From contig CBDBHE010000002.1 in the NCBI GenBank assembly GCA_965205605.1, positions 32,001 to 96,000 on the forward strand: a DNA stretch of 64,000 bases, read 5' to 3'. The stretch is from Spirochaetota bacterium. GTDB lineage: Bacteria > Spirochaetota > UBA12135 > COTS27 > CBDBHE01. The position numbers were made by a program, and so were the translations under genes. The notes under the pieces are model-generated. The model made no database searches. It was not told the DNA's origin and saw only the letters and a program-made list of their open reading frames with translations. Below, piece after piece: positions 29,301 to 38,808 of the stretch. How positions within the stretch are numbered: the stretch's first letter is position 1; every line of letters begins with the position of its first letter.

Positions 29301-32028
29301 CTTGAGTTTTTTTCTTTTCATCTTTAGAGAAAGCATTAAGTTCTTGATGGGCTGAAGACTTAAGTTCTTTTAAAGTTTTTTCATTGCCTAAAATGAGTTT
29401 GTCTAATTTTTCTTTGCTACTGATGTCATAATCTTCTATTTTGCCCATTAAATCTTTAAGGGTAGATTTTTGTTTAAAAACTTCTTTAATTTCATTTGAC
29501 ATTTGGGTTTGAAATTTTTCTTTAATATTAGAGAGTTCTTTTTGAGTATTTTTAAGTTTATCTTGAAAATAGAGAGACTGCTTATTCATTTCATCTTGAG
29601 TTTTTTTCTTTTCATCTTTAGAGAAAGCATTAAGTTCTTGATGGGCTGAAGACTTAAATTCTTTTAAAGTTTTTTCATTGTCTAAAATGAGTTTGTCTAA
29701 TTTTTCTTTGCTACTGATGTCATAATCTTCTATTTTGCCCATTAAATCTTTAAGGGTAGATTTTTGTTTAAAAACTTCTTTAATTTCATTTGACATTTGG
29801 GTTTGAAATTTTTCTTTAAGGCTATTAAGTTCGTCTTGAGTTTTATTTGTTTTTTGGAAGACTAGATTAATTTCTTTATCCATTTTTAATTGGAGATCGT
29901 TTTTAAGAGATTCAAATTGGTCTTTGTTTTTGATTTCTGCTTGCTTAGAAAGTTCTTTTTGAAAATCTTTAATAATATTTGAGATTTGTTTATTAGCGGT
30001 CGTTTTTTGTTGTTCGGCTTCTTTGAGGATAGTATCTATTTTAGAAAAGAATTTTTTTTTATCATTTTCTAAAAAAGCTAATTGGTTGTCGAGTTCTTGA
30101 TGATTTTGATAATAAATATTAGATTTTTCTTCTTTTTGTTTATTAAGTAAATCGATTTCATCTTGTAAAAGAGTAAAAAAGTTTGATTTTTTTTTCTTAA
30201 TTTCTTTTGAGAAATTTTCGTTAATTTCCTCTTTTATTTTTTCAAAATCCAAGACTTTGTTTTCAACTTCTTCTAATTTGATTTCAAGTGATTTTTTAAT
30301 GTTATTCATATCGCTAAATTGTGATTTGATAACTTCAAACTCTTCTTTAGTATTTCCAAAAAAAGTTTGTGTTTCACTTTCAACTTCGTTAATGGTGAGC
30401 TTAATATTTTCTTTTTCTTGCAGTAGATAATCATCAAGGGTTTCTTGAATGTTATCAATAATGTTTTGTTTTTGCTTGTTTAAACTTGAAGCAATTTTTT
30501 CTAATTGTTTATTAGCTAAGTTATCTTCTTTATTAATTTCTAATTGAATGCTCTTTTTAATTTCATTTGAAAATACTTCTTGCTCTCTTTCAAGTTTGGA
30601 ATACCAATTTTTACTTATTTCAGAGAAATCTTTTTTAATTTTTTCTAAATGATTGTTAGCTTCTTTTTTAATTTTTTCTTGATTTTTTTTTGCTTGTTGT
30701 AAAATAGTAGCGAGGTCTTTTTCACTTAATTTAATGGAAGTAATATTTTTTCTAATGTCTTTTTTAACTTTATCTCTAATTTGGATTGATTGGCTCATAA
30801 TGTTTTGATATAAATCTTTTTCAAGTTTTTCTTTAAAGTTTTTAATTTCTTTTTCAATAAGGTTTTCTTCTTTTTTAAAGAAGTCTTTTATATTTTTTTT
30901 GAGTTTACTTCCTTTTTTTAAAACTAAGGAGATGTCATTGGATTCTATTTTTTCTAATTTGTTTTTTAATTTAGAAAGATGAGTTTCAAATAATGAGACT
31001 TTATCATTAATTGTGAATTGATGTTCGTTGATATATTCTGAAAATTTTTCAAATTGAGATTGTTTACTTTTTTTTAATTTTTTTGATTGATTAAATTCGG
31101 CTTTTAAAGTTAATAATTCTTGACTGACAGTTTCTAATTGTTTTTGACTTTCTTTTGTTGAAGAGTTATTTTTAATTTGATCGTACTTAAGGATGAGGTT
31201 TTTAACTTGTTGTGAGAATTGGCTTTGATAAAGCTGGGTATTTTGTTGGATATTTTTTATTTCTTCTTGACTTAGTTCTAGTTGATCTTTTAAATTTTCA
31301 AGCTCTTCTTTATCAATATTATTAATGTTATTAGTAAATAAAGCATGAAGTTTTTTTTGATTTTGATTGATGAATTCAGTTTGTTTATGTTCCATGTCAT
31401 TTTTTAGCTTTTCATTAAGTTGAATAATTTCATCAACTTTTTGAGAGAATTCATTTTCGAAAATATTTTTTTTATCTTTTATTTCTGTTTTAAGGTCTTG
31501 AATTGTGTTTCGCATTTTTTGATTAGTTTCTTCTTTAGTTTTTTCTAATTTTTCTTGGAGATTTAAAATAAGTTTTTCAATTACCTGCTTTAAAGGTTTA
31601 ATTTTTTTAGAAGAAGAGGTTATTTCTTCGTCTATTTTTTTAGAAGTAATTTCTTTTTCTTTTATTTTTTTTAGTTGCTCTTTAATATCACTAAGAGAGT
31701 TTTTTAAATTGTCTTCGTATTGATCAAATTCTTTTGATTTTTTTTGAAGGTTTTTTGAGTTTTCATTAATTTGATTGAGCTTACTATCAAGAGAATAGAG
31801 TTTTTTTTCAATCTCAACTTCTAGTTGGTGAAATTTTTTCAAATCGACAGAAATAACAGAATTAATATCATCTAAATTAAGGACTTTAGCTGAGATTTTG
31901 TCGTTAAATTCTTTTTCTTTTGATTTAATAAATTTTTTTAATTTATTAATACCTATTTTTTTTGAGTAATAACGATTAATAAAAAAAGAGAAAGCAAATA
32001 ATAATAAGAAATAAATAATAGATTCCAT
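26308..32028 (-). CDS. Giant membrane-anchored coiled-coil protein, SpiroCoCo family-like
   Basis: N-terminal TM, about 1800 aa of E/K/Q-rich coiled coil, C-terminal V..L...GWS.EEISKHL.L...EVELIL HTH-like tail. Confidence 0.8.
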   Translation of the reverse strand: MESIIYFLLLFAFSFFINRYYSKKIGINKLKKFIKSKEKEFNDKISAKVLNLDDINSVISVDLKKFHQLEVEIEKKLYSLDSKLNQINENSKNLQKKSKEFDQYEDNLKNSLSDIKEQLKKIKEKEITSKKIDEEITSSSKKIKPLKQVIEKLILNLQEKLEKTKEETNQKMRNTIQDLKTEIKDKKNIFENEFSQKVDEIIQLNEKLKNDMEHKQTEFINQNQKKLHALFTNNINNIDKEELENLKDQLELSQEEIKNIQQNTQLYQSQFSQQVKNLILKYDQIKNNSSTKESQKQLETVSQELLTLKAEFNQSKKLKKSKQSQFEKFSEYINEHQFTINDKVSLFETHLSKLKNKLEKIESNDISLVLKKGSKLKKNIKDFFKKEENLIEKEIKNFKEKLEKDLYQNIMSQSIQIRDKVKKDIRKNITSIKLSEKDLATILQQAKKNQEKIKKEANNHLEKIKKDFSEISKNWYSKLEREQEVFSNEIKKSIQLEINKEDNLANKQLEKIASSLNKQKQNIIDNIQETLDDYLLQEKENIKLTINEVESETQTFFGNTKEEFEVIKSQFSDMNNIKKSLEIKLEEVENKVLDFEKIKEEINENFSKEIKKKKSNFFTLLQDEIDLLNKQKEEKSNIYYQNHQELDNQLAFLENDKKKFFSKIDTILKEAEQQKTTANKQISNIIKDFQKELSKQAEIKNKDQFESLKNDLQLKMDKEINLVFQKTNKTQDELNSLKEKFQTQMSNEIKEVFKQKSTLKDLMGKIEDYDISSKEKLDKLILDNEKTLKEFKSSAHQELNAFSKDEKKKTQDEMNKQSLYFQDKLKNTQKELSNIKEKFQTQMSNEIKEVFKQKSTLKDLMGKIEDYDISSKEKLDKLILGNEKTLKELKSSAHQELNAFSKDEKKKTQDEMNKQSLYFQDKLKNTQKELSNIKEKFQTQMSNEIKEVFKQKSTLKDLMGKIEDYDISSKEKLDKLILDNEKTLKELKSSAHQELNAFSKDEKKKTQDEMNKQSLYFQDKLKNTQKELSNIKEKFQTQMSNEIKNFTKQASTLKNLMNKIEGYDISSKEKLDKLILNNEKTLKELKSSAHQELYDFSKDEKKKVQKEMEKLFSTFEKKTIQTQKDLINLKGKFQTQMSNEVNDINKQKEEKSNIYYQNHQELDNQLAFLEKKKKKFFSKIDTILKEAEQQKTTANKQISNIIKDFQKELSKQAEIKNKDQFESLKNDLQLKMDKEINLVFQKTNKTQDELNSLKEKFQTQMSNEIKEVSKQKSILKDLMGKIEDYDISSKEKLDKLILDNEKTLKELKSSTHQELNAFSKDEKKKTQDEMNKQSLYFQDKLKNTQKELSNIKEKFQNDVLFEIKEFKDYVKNEIQNSNQLIKSLSPKKDKRFIDFEIKLNKELEQYQKSFQNLIEQQQQAEIEINEINEKKLIKAIEDIENLNTEHKDNLNEEKEKLKEMKNNFEQEEKERKEKIKNFIKTSKKIIDSLDQQIDLFKEQHQNKASKLTEKFDSLHKDYQKALTNQEVEFQKNIEEVSQKIENTLTSKKQKIEEDFTKISQNLKEKEKLLSLESNKQFEGINKKIIAIAEQIDNFTKQTNIFKKTDILKEKLDQSIKHYNEKIESMKEKSSSLSDVDKQLKLATLSQKQIEKIFNKISLKEGDILMVNQKIENLKSFSETVDTKINSIEKSKKQIIVFLNQINSIRQDSNTIKEDFIKIKDSKIEVDSTIKEYKHIIEENQEIQEQHFDIKRDSDKLKENQADIKNQLDKIENKSMILEGNQKKLIEFNEKYDQLDIALQDIEQRKRIIDKMKDDLLGMKTTLISEKEETKKIKNTLDEQIKMSLKLLNKERQKNIIGDRDDEEKNMTESTKESVLSLSRIGWSKEEISKHLSLEIYEVELILQENQ
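27961..30146. repeat. Nested intragenic repeats: 294-bp units starting at 27967, 28633 (diverged), 28927, 29221 and 29515, plus a 638-bp block 27961-28598 duplicated at 29509-30146
   Basis: Near-identical DNA at exact offsets of 294 bp and 1548 bp. Confidence 0.95.
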
Positions 32029-32134
32029 ATTTATATAGGTTTTAAAAACCTATTTTGTTTTTAAATTATTTTTTAAAATAAAAGAAAAACAGGGTATTAC
32101 ACAAGCTTATTTAAACTTTAAGAAGTAAATAAAA

Positions 32135-32163
32135 ATTGTACTCTTCAAAAATTCAAAAGTCAA
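32135..32163 (-). promoter_or_regulatory. Sigma70 promoter of the coiled-coil gene
   Basis: TTGACT-N17-TACAAT on the minus strand, about 100 nt upstream of the ATG at 32028. Confidence 0.65.
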
Positions 32164-32205
32164 TTTTTATGAAATGGAAGAATTTCTTTTTCAAAAAAGA
32201 AAAAA

Positions 32206-32289
32206 TGCCCAAGACTGGAGTTGAACCAGCACAGGATTTCTCCCACTACTCCCTCAAAGTAGCGTGTCTACCAATTCCACCACTTGGGC
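32206..32289 (-). tRNA. tRNA-Leu(GAG)
   Basis: GCCCAAG/CTTGGGC acceptor, CTACT-TTGAGGG-AGTAG anticodon arm, long variable arm. Confidence 0.95.
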
Positions 32290-32345
32290 TAAGGGGTTTA
32301 TAGAGATTTAATAAAATCAAGCATATAAAACAAAACACAAAAAAG

Positions 32346-32417
<72 letters not shown>

Positions 32418-32420
32418 ACA

Positions 32421-32502
32421 TGGAGGGAGAAGGATTCGAACCTTCGAAGGCGAAGCCAACGGATTTACAGTCCGCTCCATTTGACCACTCTGGTACCCCT
32501 CC
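32421..32502 (-). tRNA. tRNA-Tyr(GTA)
   Basis: GGAGGGG/TCCCTCC acceptor, GCGGA-CTGTAAA-TCCGT anticodon arm, variable arm GGCTTCGCC. Confidence 0.95.
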
Positions 32503-32522
32503 TTATTTTTTTAAAGATTTCC

Positions 32523-32551
32523 ATTGTACAATTTTGAATTTACTTTGTCAA
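32523..32551 (-). promoter_or_regulatory. Sigma70 promoter for tRNA-Tyr-Gly-Leu
   Basis: TTGACA-N17-TACAAT ending 20 nt upstream of tRNA-Tyr. Confidence 0.75.
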
Positions 32552-32603
32552 ATGCTCTTTTATTTTCTTTTATAAAAAAGTATAATGATAGACAGAAAAT
32601 TTT

Positions 32604-33263
32604 ATGGATTATAGAGAATTTAAAAATATTATCAATCAAACTCAAATTATTAAAATGCCCACTAAAAATATTGTTACCTTTGATCAAACACTTTATAAGT
32701 ATTATTTTTTAAGTGCTGCTAGTAAAACTAGTACTTATGTAAGAGAAGGTAGTTTAAAAGTAAAAAAACCTTTGATTTTTCTTCCAGAAGATTTTCATCA
32801 TTCATTAAAAGGCTTTAAACAAGATGTCAATCGTTTTGCAAATAGAATATTAGCTGAAAATGGTTCTAGTCTTAAATCTTTAGGGTATCGTTTTGAGCAT
32901 ATTCCTCATCAAAAGTCTCTTCAAAAACATTCTATTGAACAAGTGATTATGGATATTTCAAAAGTTTCCAACAAAAATCCAGAAGGTGTCATTGTTGTTG
33001 GTCGTGATTCCCTTTGGCAAATTTCATTACTTAGATTTATCTTTAAAATTATAGAGCGTTCTTTTTTAATTAATTTTGAAGAAATAGAAGAAAGGGGTTT
33101 TTTTGATAAAAAAGGAATCCCTCCTTCTATTTATAAGGAAATTGATGGGCTTTTTGCTTTAGCTAAAAAAGACAAAAAAAGGTTAAAGCAACTAGGTGCT
33201 TTACTTTTAGAAAATGATCTTTTTGAAGACTATGAAGAACAATTTTTTAATTTAATAAAATAA
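32604..33263 (+). CDS. Conserved hypothetical protein
   Basis: 219-aa ORF with TATAAT upstream, 2 nt from gpmA; TF..T...Y...VREG....KP.I..P motif recalled from uncharacterised proteins. Confidence 0.6.
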   Translation: MDYREFKNIINQTQIIKMPTKNIVTFDQTLYKYYFLSAASKTSTYVREGSLKVKKPLIFLPEDFHHSLKGFKQDVNRFANRILAENGSSLKSLGYRFEHIPHQKSLQKHSIEQVIMDISKVSNKNPEGVIVVGRDSLWQISLLRFIFKIIERSFLINFEEIEERGFFDKKGIPPSIYKEIDGLFALAKKDKKRLKQLGALLLENDLFEDYEEQFFNLIK

Positions 33264-33265
33264 CA

Positions 33266-33988
33266 ATGAATCAAAATAACCAACTCCTCAAACTTGTCCT
33301 TTTAAGACACGGGGAAAGTGAATGGAATCAGGAAAATCGTTTTACCGGATGGGTTGATGTTGACTTAAGTGAAAAAGGACTCGATGAGGCCAAACAAGCA
33401 GCTGATCAACTAAAAAAACACCAGTTTCATTTTGATATTGCTTACACTTCTCTTTTAAAAAGAGCTAATAAAACTCTTTTTTTTGTTTTAAGTGGCTTGA
33501 ATGAACATTGGATTCCTGTCATTAAAGACTGGAGACTTAATGAACGCCATTATGGAGGGCTTCAAGGACTTAACAAAAAAGAAACCGCTTCTAAATATGG
33601 AAAAGAGCAAGTCCTTCTTTGGAGAAGAAGTTATAAAACTAAACCACCTCTTTTGGTTCAAGATAGTCCTTATGACCCTAGAAACGATAGGCGCTACCAA
33701 CATCTAAGAGATGATGAAATCCCTTTTTCAGAATGCCTTTATGATACGGTAAAGCGTTTTTTGCCTTTTTGGGATCAAACGATCAAGCCTTCTCTTAAAA
33801 AAGGTAAACAAGTTTTAATTGTAGCTCATGGAAATAGTCTTAGAGCCCTCATCAAGCATTTAGATCAAGTTTCAGATGAAGACATTATTAAATTAAATAT
33901 CCCAACAGGGATTCCTTTAGTCTATGAATTAAATAAAGAGACTTTATTCCCTACTAATCACTATTATTTAGAATCAAAAAAAACATAG
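33266..33988 (+). CDS. gpmA: 2,3-bisphosphoglycerate-dependent phosphoglycerate mutase
   Basis: [51 protein letters not shown]. Confidence 0.97.
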   Translation: MNQNNQLLKLVLLRHGESEWNQENRFTGWVDVDLSEKGLDEAKQAADQLKKHQFHFDIAYTSLLKRANKTLFFVLSGLNEHWIPVIKDWRLNERHYGGLQGLNKKETASKYGKEQVLLWRRSYKTKPPLLVQDSPYDPRNDRRYQHLRDDEIPFSECLYDTVKRFLPFWDQTIKPSLKKGKQVLIVAHGNSLRALIKHLDQVSDEDIIKLNIPTGIPLVYELNKETLFPTNHYYLESKKT

Positions 33989-34009
33989 CTAAAATTTCAA
34001 AACTAGTTT

Positions 34010-36097
34010 TTATAAATATTTATTAAGAAGATTTTTCATATTTTCTTTTAAAATAGGTTTGCTCACATAATCATCCATTCCGCTTAGAAAGCATTTGTCT
34101 TGATCTCCTATAATCGAATTAGCTGTAATTGCAGCAATAATCACTTTTTTTCGTTTTTTTTTTTTTTCAATAGAACGTATTTTTGAAGTTGCATCATAGC
34201 CATTCATACTTGGCATATGACAATCCATTAAAATTAATTGGTACTCTTTTTTTTGATAGTATTCAATCGCCTCAAGTCCATCAAAAGCAATGTCCACTTC
34301 ATCTTTTCCTAAACTAGATAAAACGCTTTTAATGATTTTTTGATTCACTAGATTATCTTCAACAATTAAAATGTTATCTTTAATTTTTTTTGATTTTTTT
34401 TTTTTTTGGTTTCTTTCAAGAAGCTTTTGAATTGAAAAAAAGAAATTTTTTTTTTGAAAAGGTCTTTTTAAATAGACAAGTGATTCATTAATATTTTTTT
34501 CTTGATTAAAGGCTTTGTTGATGATTACAAGAGTAGGGAGTAAATGGCATAATTTGATGATTTCTTTTGTATGAGTGATTTCTTCCTGATTAATCACAAC
34601 GATGCTATAGTTGTGATTAGAGAAATCATTTTGTTTTATTTTTAAAATAGCTTTTTCTATATTTTGAGTGGTGTCTAATAAGATATCTTCTTTGTAAAGA
34701 ATTTCACTAACTAACTTAGTTAAAATCTCATTGTTATTAACAAATAATATTTCTTTTATCGTTAGAGTTTTTTTTATTTTTTCCTTAAAATTATCTTGTT
34801 TTGACTTCTCTAAAGTTAAAGAATAAGTAATAGATAAATTTTTATGTTTACTCATTTTTATTTTTGGTTTTTGAGTTTGGTGAATAGTTTTTAAGATATC
34901 AAATGAGCTGTTGTTAGTAAAAATTTTAAAAATTCTTTTTTTACCTTTCGTTTGAATATTAAGATTATTTAAAATCATAAATTGAATGTTAGTATAAAAA
35001 TTAGTTTCTTTTTTTGTTTTGATTTTTAAAATGAGGTCTTTCTTTTTTGTAAGATTAAGAGCTTGATTAAATATTTTAAAAAGCAAGATTCGAAATTTTA
35101 TAGGAGAGGCATAAACTTTTTGATAAACTTTATGGTCTATAATCATGGCAAAATTAATTCCATTTTTCATGGCTTTTTTATAAAACTCTTCCTCAATACT
35201 TGAAAGGGTTGCAAGAAGATCAAATTCTTCTTTATGGTTATTGTCATTTTCTTTGTCTTCTTCAATTGATTGTGGATCTATCTGGGCTAGATTAAGGGAT
35301 TTATTAATTATTTTTAAAAGTGAAAGCGTGCTATTAAAGCTAGAATCAAATTTTTCTTTATCTTCTTTTCTAAGTTTCACCTTTGAAAGAGTGTTGAAAT
35401 GATAGACAATATTATTTAAAGGAGTTTTGAGCTGATGAGAAATTTTTCTTAAAAATTCTGTTTTTACTTTTACGGCTTTTTCTTTTTTATCAATTTCGTT
35501 AATAAATTTATCTTGGGCCTCTTGTCTATAATATTCAAATATTCTAGATAAAACTGTAATCAGTAAAAATCCAGAAAAATACTTAACAACTTCTCTTAAG
35601 TTAAACCCAATTAAAAACTCTTTTTTTAAAATAAAAGTAGTTGAAATAGAAAAAAAAAATAAGAAAAAAGTTAAAAACAACCCGATATTTTTTCCAGCTA
35701 AAAAAAAAGCAAGTAAAGGATACACATAAAACCAAAGAGCATTTGTTTTTTCTGCAGAAGAATAATAAACATAAAAGAAAGTAAACCCAATCGTAATTAA
35801 AGCAACATAAATAGTAATTTGAAGATTAGCCGTGATTCTTAAAAAAATTATATTGATACTTGTAATAATAAGCACACTAATATTAATAATAAACCTTTTA
35901 CTATTAATAAAACTTTTTATATCTTTTTGAGAAAAATCTAAAAACAACAAAAAAGATAGCACGAGTATAGCAAAAAAATGAGAGCCATATAACAGTGTTT
36001 TTTTTCTTTGATATTCTATTTGTTCTATTTTGCTGATTTTATTATTTTTGAATCGAAATATTATTTTTAAAAAAAGGTTAAGCTTTTCTTTAAGCAT
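34010..36097 (-). CDS. Membrane hybrid sensor kinase/response regulator with degenerate ATPase domain
   Basis: About 6 TM helices, H-box ISHQLKTPL, eroded HATPase, degenerate REC, intact terminal REC (VEDN, LMDCHMP, ITA, SKP). Confidence 0.8.
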   Translation of the reverse strand: MLKEKLNLFLKIIFRFKNNKISKIEQIEYQRKKTLLYGSHFFAILVLSFLLFLDFSQKDIKSFINSKRFIINISVLIITSINIIFLRITANLQITIYVALITIGFTFFYVYYSSAEKTNALWFYVYPLLAFFLAGKNIGLFLTFFLFFFSISTTFILKKEFLIGFNLREVVKYFSGFLLITVLSRIFEYYRQEAQDKFINEIDKKEKAVKVKTEFLRKISHQLKTPLNNIVYHFNTLSKVKLRKEDKEKFDSSFNSTLSLLKIINKSLNLAQIDPQSIEEDKENDNNHKEEFDLLATLSSIEEEFYKKAMKNGINFAMIIDHKVYQKVYASPIKFRILLFKIFNQALNLTKKKDLILKIKTKKETNFYTNIQFMILNNLNIQTKGKKRIFKIFTNNSSFDILKTIHQTQKPKIKMSKHKNLSITYSLTLEKSKQDNFKEKIKKTLTIKEILFVNNNEILTKLVSEILYKEDILLDTTQNIEKAILKIKQNDFSNHNYSIVVINQEEITHTKEIIKLCHLLPTLVIINKAFNQEKNINESLVYLKRPFQKKNFFFSIQKLLERNQKKKKSKKIKDNILIVEDNLVNQKIIKSVLSSLGKDEVDIAFDGLEAIEYYQKKEYQLILMDCHMPSMNGYDATSKIRSIEKKKKRKKVIIAAITANSIIGDQDKCFLSGMDDYVSKPILKENMKNLLNKYL

Positions 36098-36358
36098 TAT
36101 GATTGATTTTTTGTTAATCTCTATTATAGATAATTTTTTGAATTATTATTTAATAAGTTTTTTTAAATGCATCAATGGTTTTCACTTATTCTTTTACTTT
36201 TTGGATATTAGTCTTGTTGAAAAACAAGAAAGAGGATAGTAGTAAAATGAATTTTTTATTAGAATAATACTAGATTAATACTTAACAATTTAAATCATTT
36301 AGTTTTTTCATCACAATCTCAACTTGCTTTTATTTTTTATAAATACAATAATTTTTTT

Positions 36359-37282
36359 ATGTTAAGAGTTTTGTTGTTTTGTTTTTCACTGTTATTTCTT
36401 TTTTTCAACGTTCTTTATTCAAAATCTATTAATTTACCAAAAACAAAAAATTTCAAATCTTATTGGTATGGCTATGGAGCTGAAATTAGTCGTTATCAAT
36501 TAACTTTTTCTCGCTATGGAGTTCCTAGAGAAGGGAACGCTATTTTGATTTTTGTTACAGAAGACTTTTTACCTAATCAACAAGTTAAAGCAGAAATATT
36601 TAATTCTAGAAAAAAAAGTATACCTATTTTAAAGTTAAACTCCATCCATCGGTTTGAAACGGGAGTTTATGATTATTCTATAATGCAGTCGATTTTTACG
36701 CCTATTCTTTTTTCTCAAACCAAAGCAAGTACTTATAAAGTCACAACCACGGTTCAAGATTGGTGTGGTCATGTTTTTAGCCAGCTTAATCTTCAAAAAG
36801 AATTTTATAAAGGAACTGTGTTTTCTTATTTTGAAAAAGAAGGTGATAAGCAGTTTTATTTGAAAAAAGCTTTGCTTGAAGAAGAGCTTTGGATGAAAAT
36901 AAGAATCAACCCTAAAGCATTACCAGAAGGAGAATTTGAATGTATCCCCAGTAGCCTTACTAGTACAATACGCCACATGACCCCCAAAGTTTTAAAAGCC
37001 AAAGCTACTTTATCTATTGAAAAAGTCGATAAACAATCTTTGTATCGCTATACTATTGAATATTTATTTATTCCAAGGAAATTGAGCATTTATTTTACCC
37101 AAGGCTTTCCTTATCATATTATTTCTTGGGAAGAGATTCAAGAACTTTCTTTTCGAAAAAAGAAAATTCTTGCCAAAACAAAAGCGGTTAGAACCCATGC
37201 TCTAATGCTTGATTATTGGAATCATAATTCACTTAAAGATGAGAAAATTCGTTCTAAGCTTGGTTTGAAAAGCCCTTTCTAA
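36359..37282 (+). CDS. Conserved exported hypothetical protein
   Basis: Signal peptide; YWY.Y.AEI.RY.L...RYG..R.G...LIFVTE.F, F.TGVYDYS.M.S.F, QDWCGH, YFE.E.D, terminal DYW.HN motifs of a widespread uncharacterised family. Confidence 0.7.
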   Translation: MLRVLLFCFSLLFLFFNVLYSKSINLPKTKNFKSYWYGYGAEISRYQLTFSRYGVPREGNAILIFVTEDFLPNQQVKAEIFNSRKKSIPILKLNSIHRFETGVYDYSIMQSIFTPILFSQTKASTYKVTTTVQDWCGHVFSQLNLQKEFYKGTVFSYFEKEGDKQFYLKKALLEEELWMKIRINPKALPEGEFECIPSSLTSTIRHMTPKVLKAKATLSIEKVDKQSLYRYTIEYLFIPRKLSIYFTQGFPYHIISWEEIQELSFRKKKILAKTKAVRTHALMLDYWNHNSLKDEKIRSKLGLKSPF

Positions 37283-37333
37283 TTTTTTTTATTTAACTTA
37301 CTTTATTTTTTTTGATTCGTCTAAAATAGTTAA

Positions 37334-38265
37334 TTGAGCTTTAAAATTAAAGTGAAATTAAATTATTTTTTTTTGATCATTTTTTTTTCATATTTTAGTA
37401 TTTATTTTTTAGATACTTTGGTTTTTTCTTTAACAAAAGATTTTTTTTTTATTATTTTATCTGTAAGTATTGTATTTTTTTTAAAAAAAAGAAGTGTTGT
37501 TAATCAAAAACTTAAAGTTCTTTATTTAAAATTAAAAAATCAAGAAATAACTTGGGAAAAATATTCAAACCAACTCGCTTATGCCAGCTTGACTAAAAGC
37601 ATCGCTCATGAAATCAAAAATCCATTAAAAATGATTTTAATCGGTAGTGAACTTATTTTAAAAAATATGACTCAAAAAAATCTTGTGAAAGAATTGACTC
37701 AAAAAAATATTGAAATAATGCTTAGGCTTAATAAAATTTTAGAAAACATGTTAGCCTACGCATCTAATAATTCTAAAATTAAAAATATTTTTCTGTTTCT
37801 GATACTTTAGATTTAGTGCTTTTACTTGTAAAATCTTATTGTGTCAAAAAATTAGTTCGAGTCAATCAACAAATTAAAGAAGTCCCTTTGATTTTAGGGC
37901 TTACTATTCATTTTCAGCAAATTTTTACGAATATCATTTTAAATGCTATTGAAGCCATGCAAGAGAGTAAAAAACGTATTTTAAGTGTTAATATAAATTT
38001 GAAAAAAAGCAAAAATGAATCTCTCCCTTTATTCATTGAAGTCAACATTAAAGATACTGGAAAAGGACTTGAAAAAAAAGATATTAAAGAAGTCTTTAAA
38101 CCTTTTGTAACCAAAAAGCCAGACAATTTAGGTCTTGGGCTTTCGATTGTTGTTAGAATTTTAAATTTATATAAAGGACATATCGATTTTATTTCTAAAA
38201 AAAATAAAGGGACTCATGTTAAAATTCAAATTCCTATTGAAAAACAAAAGCCAAATTTGTCTTGA
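37334..38265 (+). pseudogene. Membrane sensor histidine kinase split by a 1-nt frameshift
   Basis: HisKA (SIAHEIKNPL) in ORF 37334-37810; HATPase (QIFTNIILNAIEAM, DTGKG, FKPFVTKK, GLGLSIV) in ORF 37816-38265. One extra A in the A5 run at 37781-37785 rejoins them. Confidence 0.85.
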
Positions 38266-38323
38266 ATTAGCTTTCTTTAATTAAGTTTTTTCTTCCCCTA
38301 AAGTTTGAAGAAGCAAGCCATAA

Positions 38324-38420
38324 CAATCTTCAATCTTCAATCTTCAATCTTCAATCTTCAATCTTCAATCTTCAATCTTCAATCTTCAATCTTCAATCTT
38401 CAATCTTCAATCTTCAATCT
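38324..38420. repeat. Perfect heptanucleotide microsatellite (CAATCTT)x13 plus CAATCT
   Basis: 97 bp of uninterrupted repeat, read directly. Confidence 0.98.
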
Positions 38421-38430
38421 ATAATTTATT

Positions 38431-38458
38431 ATTATCTTAAAAGATTTTTTAAGATAAT
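38431..38458. other. 12-bp perfect inverted repeat ATTATCTTAAAA-gatt-TTTTAAGATAAT
   Basis: Read directly, 10 bp downstream of the microsatellite; function unknown. Confidence 0.6.
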
Positions 38459-38808
38459 CAACCACTTCTGACTGAATTAATTTCAAAACTTCTAGGCTTT
38501 TTTTTATATGTTATAATCATAAAAACAGTCAAAGAGGGGACACTTTTTTGACTTTTAAGAAAAAAAATTTATCTTCTAATTTCTCAAGTAAATAAATTAG
38601 GAGTTTTTTCATTTTGTTGTAAATAACATATTTGACTGATGAGTTCTTTTGGATTTAAAATTTTTACTAACATAGATTAGAAGTGATTTTTTTAAAAAAA
38701 TCAAATATAATCTAATATAGAATATCGAAAAAAATGACGATAAATTTTTTTAATGTTATTCTTTTTATGACTTTTTTTACTACTTTTAATTTAAACTCAT
38801 TTTTTTTT

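Noticed and set aside
26308-32028. SMC/SbcC ATPase or phage tape-measure protein
   Set aside because: There are no Walker motifs or hinge and no phage genes nearby. The N-terminal TM and the GW..EEI..L....EVELIL tail fit the spirochaetal coiled-coil family.
38324-38420. Repeat array as a possible CRISPR
   Set aside because: It is a 7-nt tandem unit with no spacers, and no cas genes are present.
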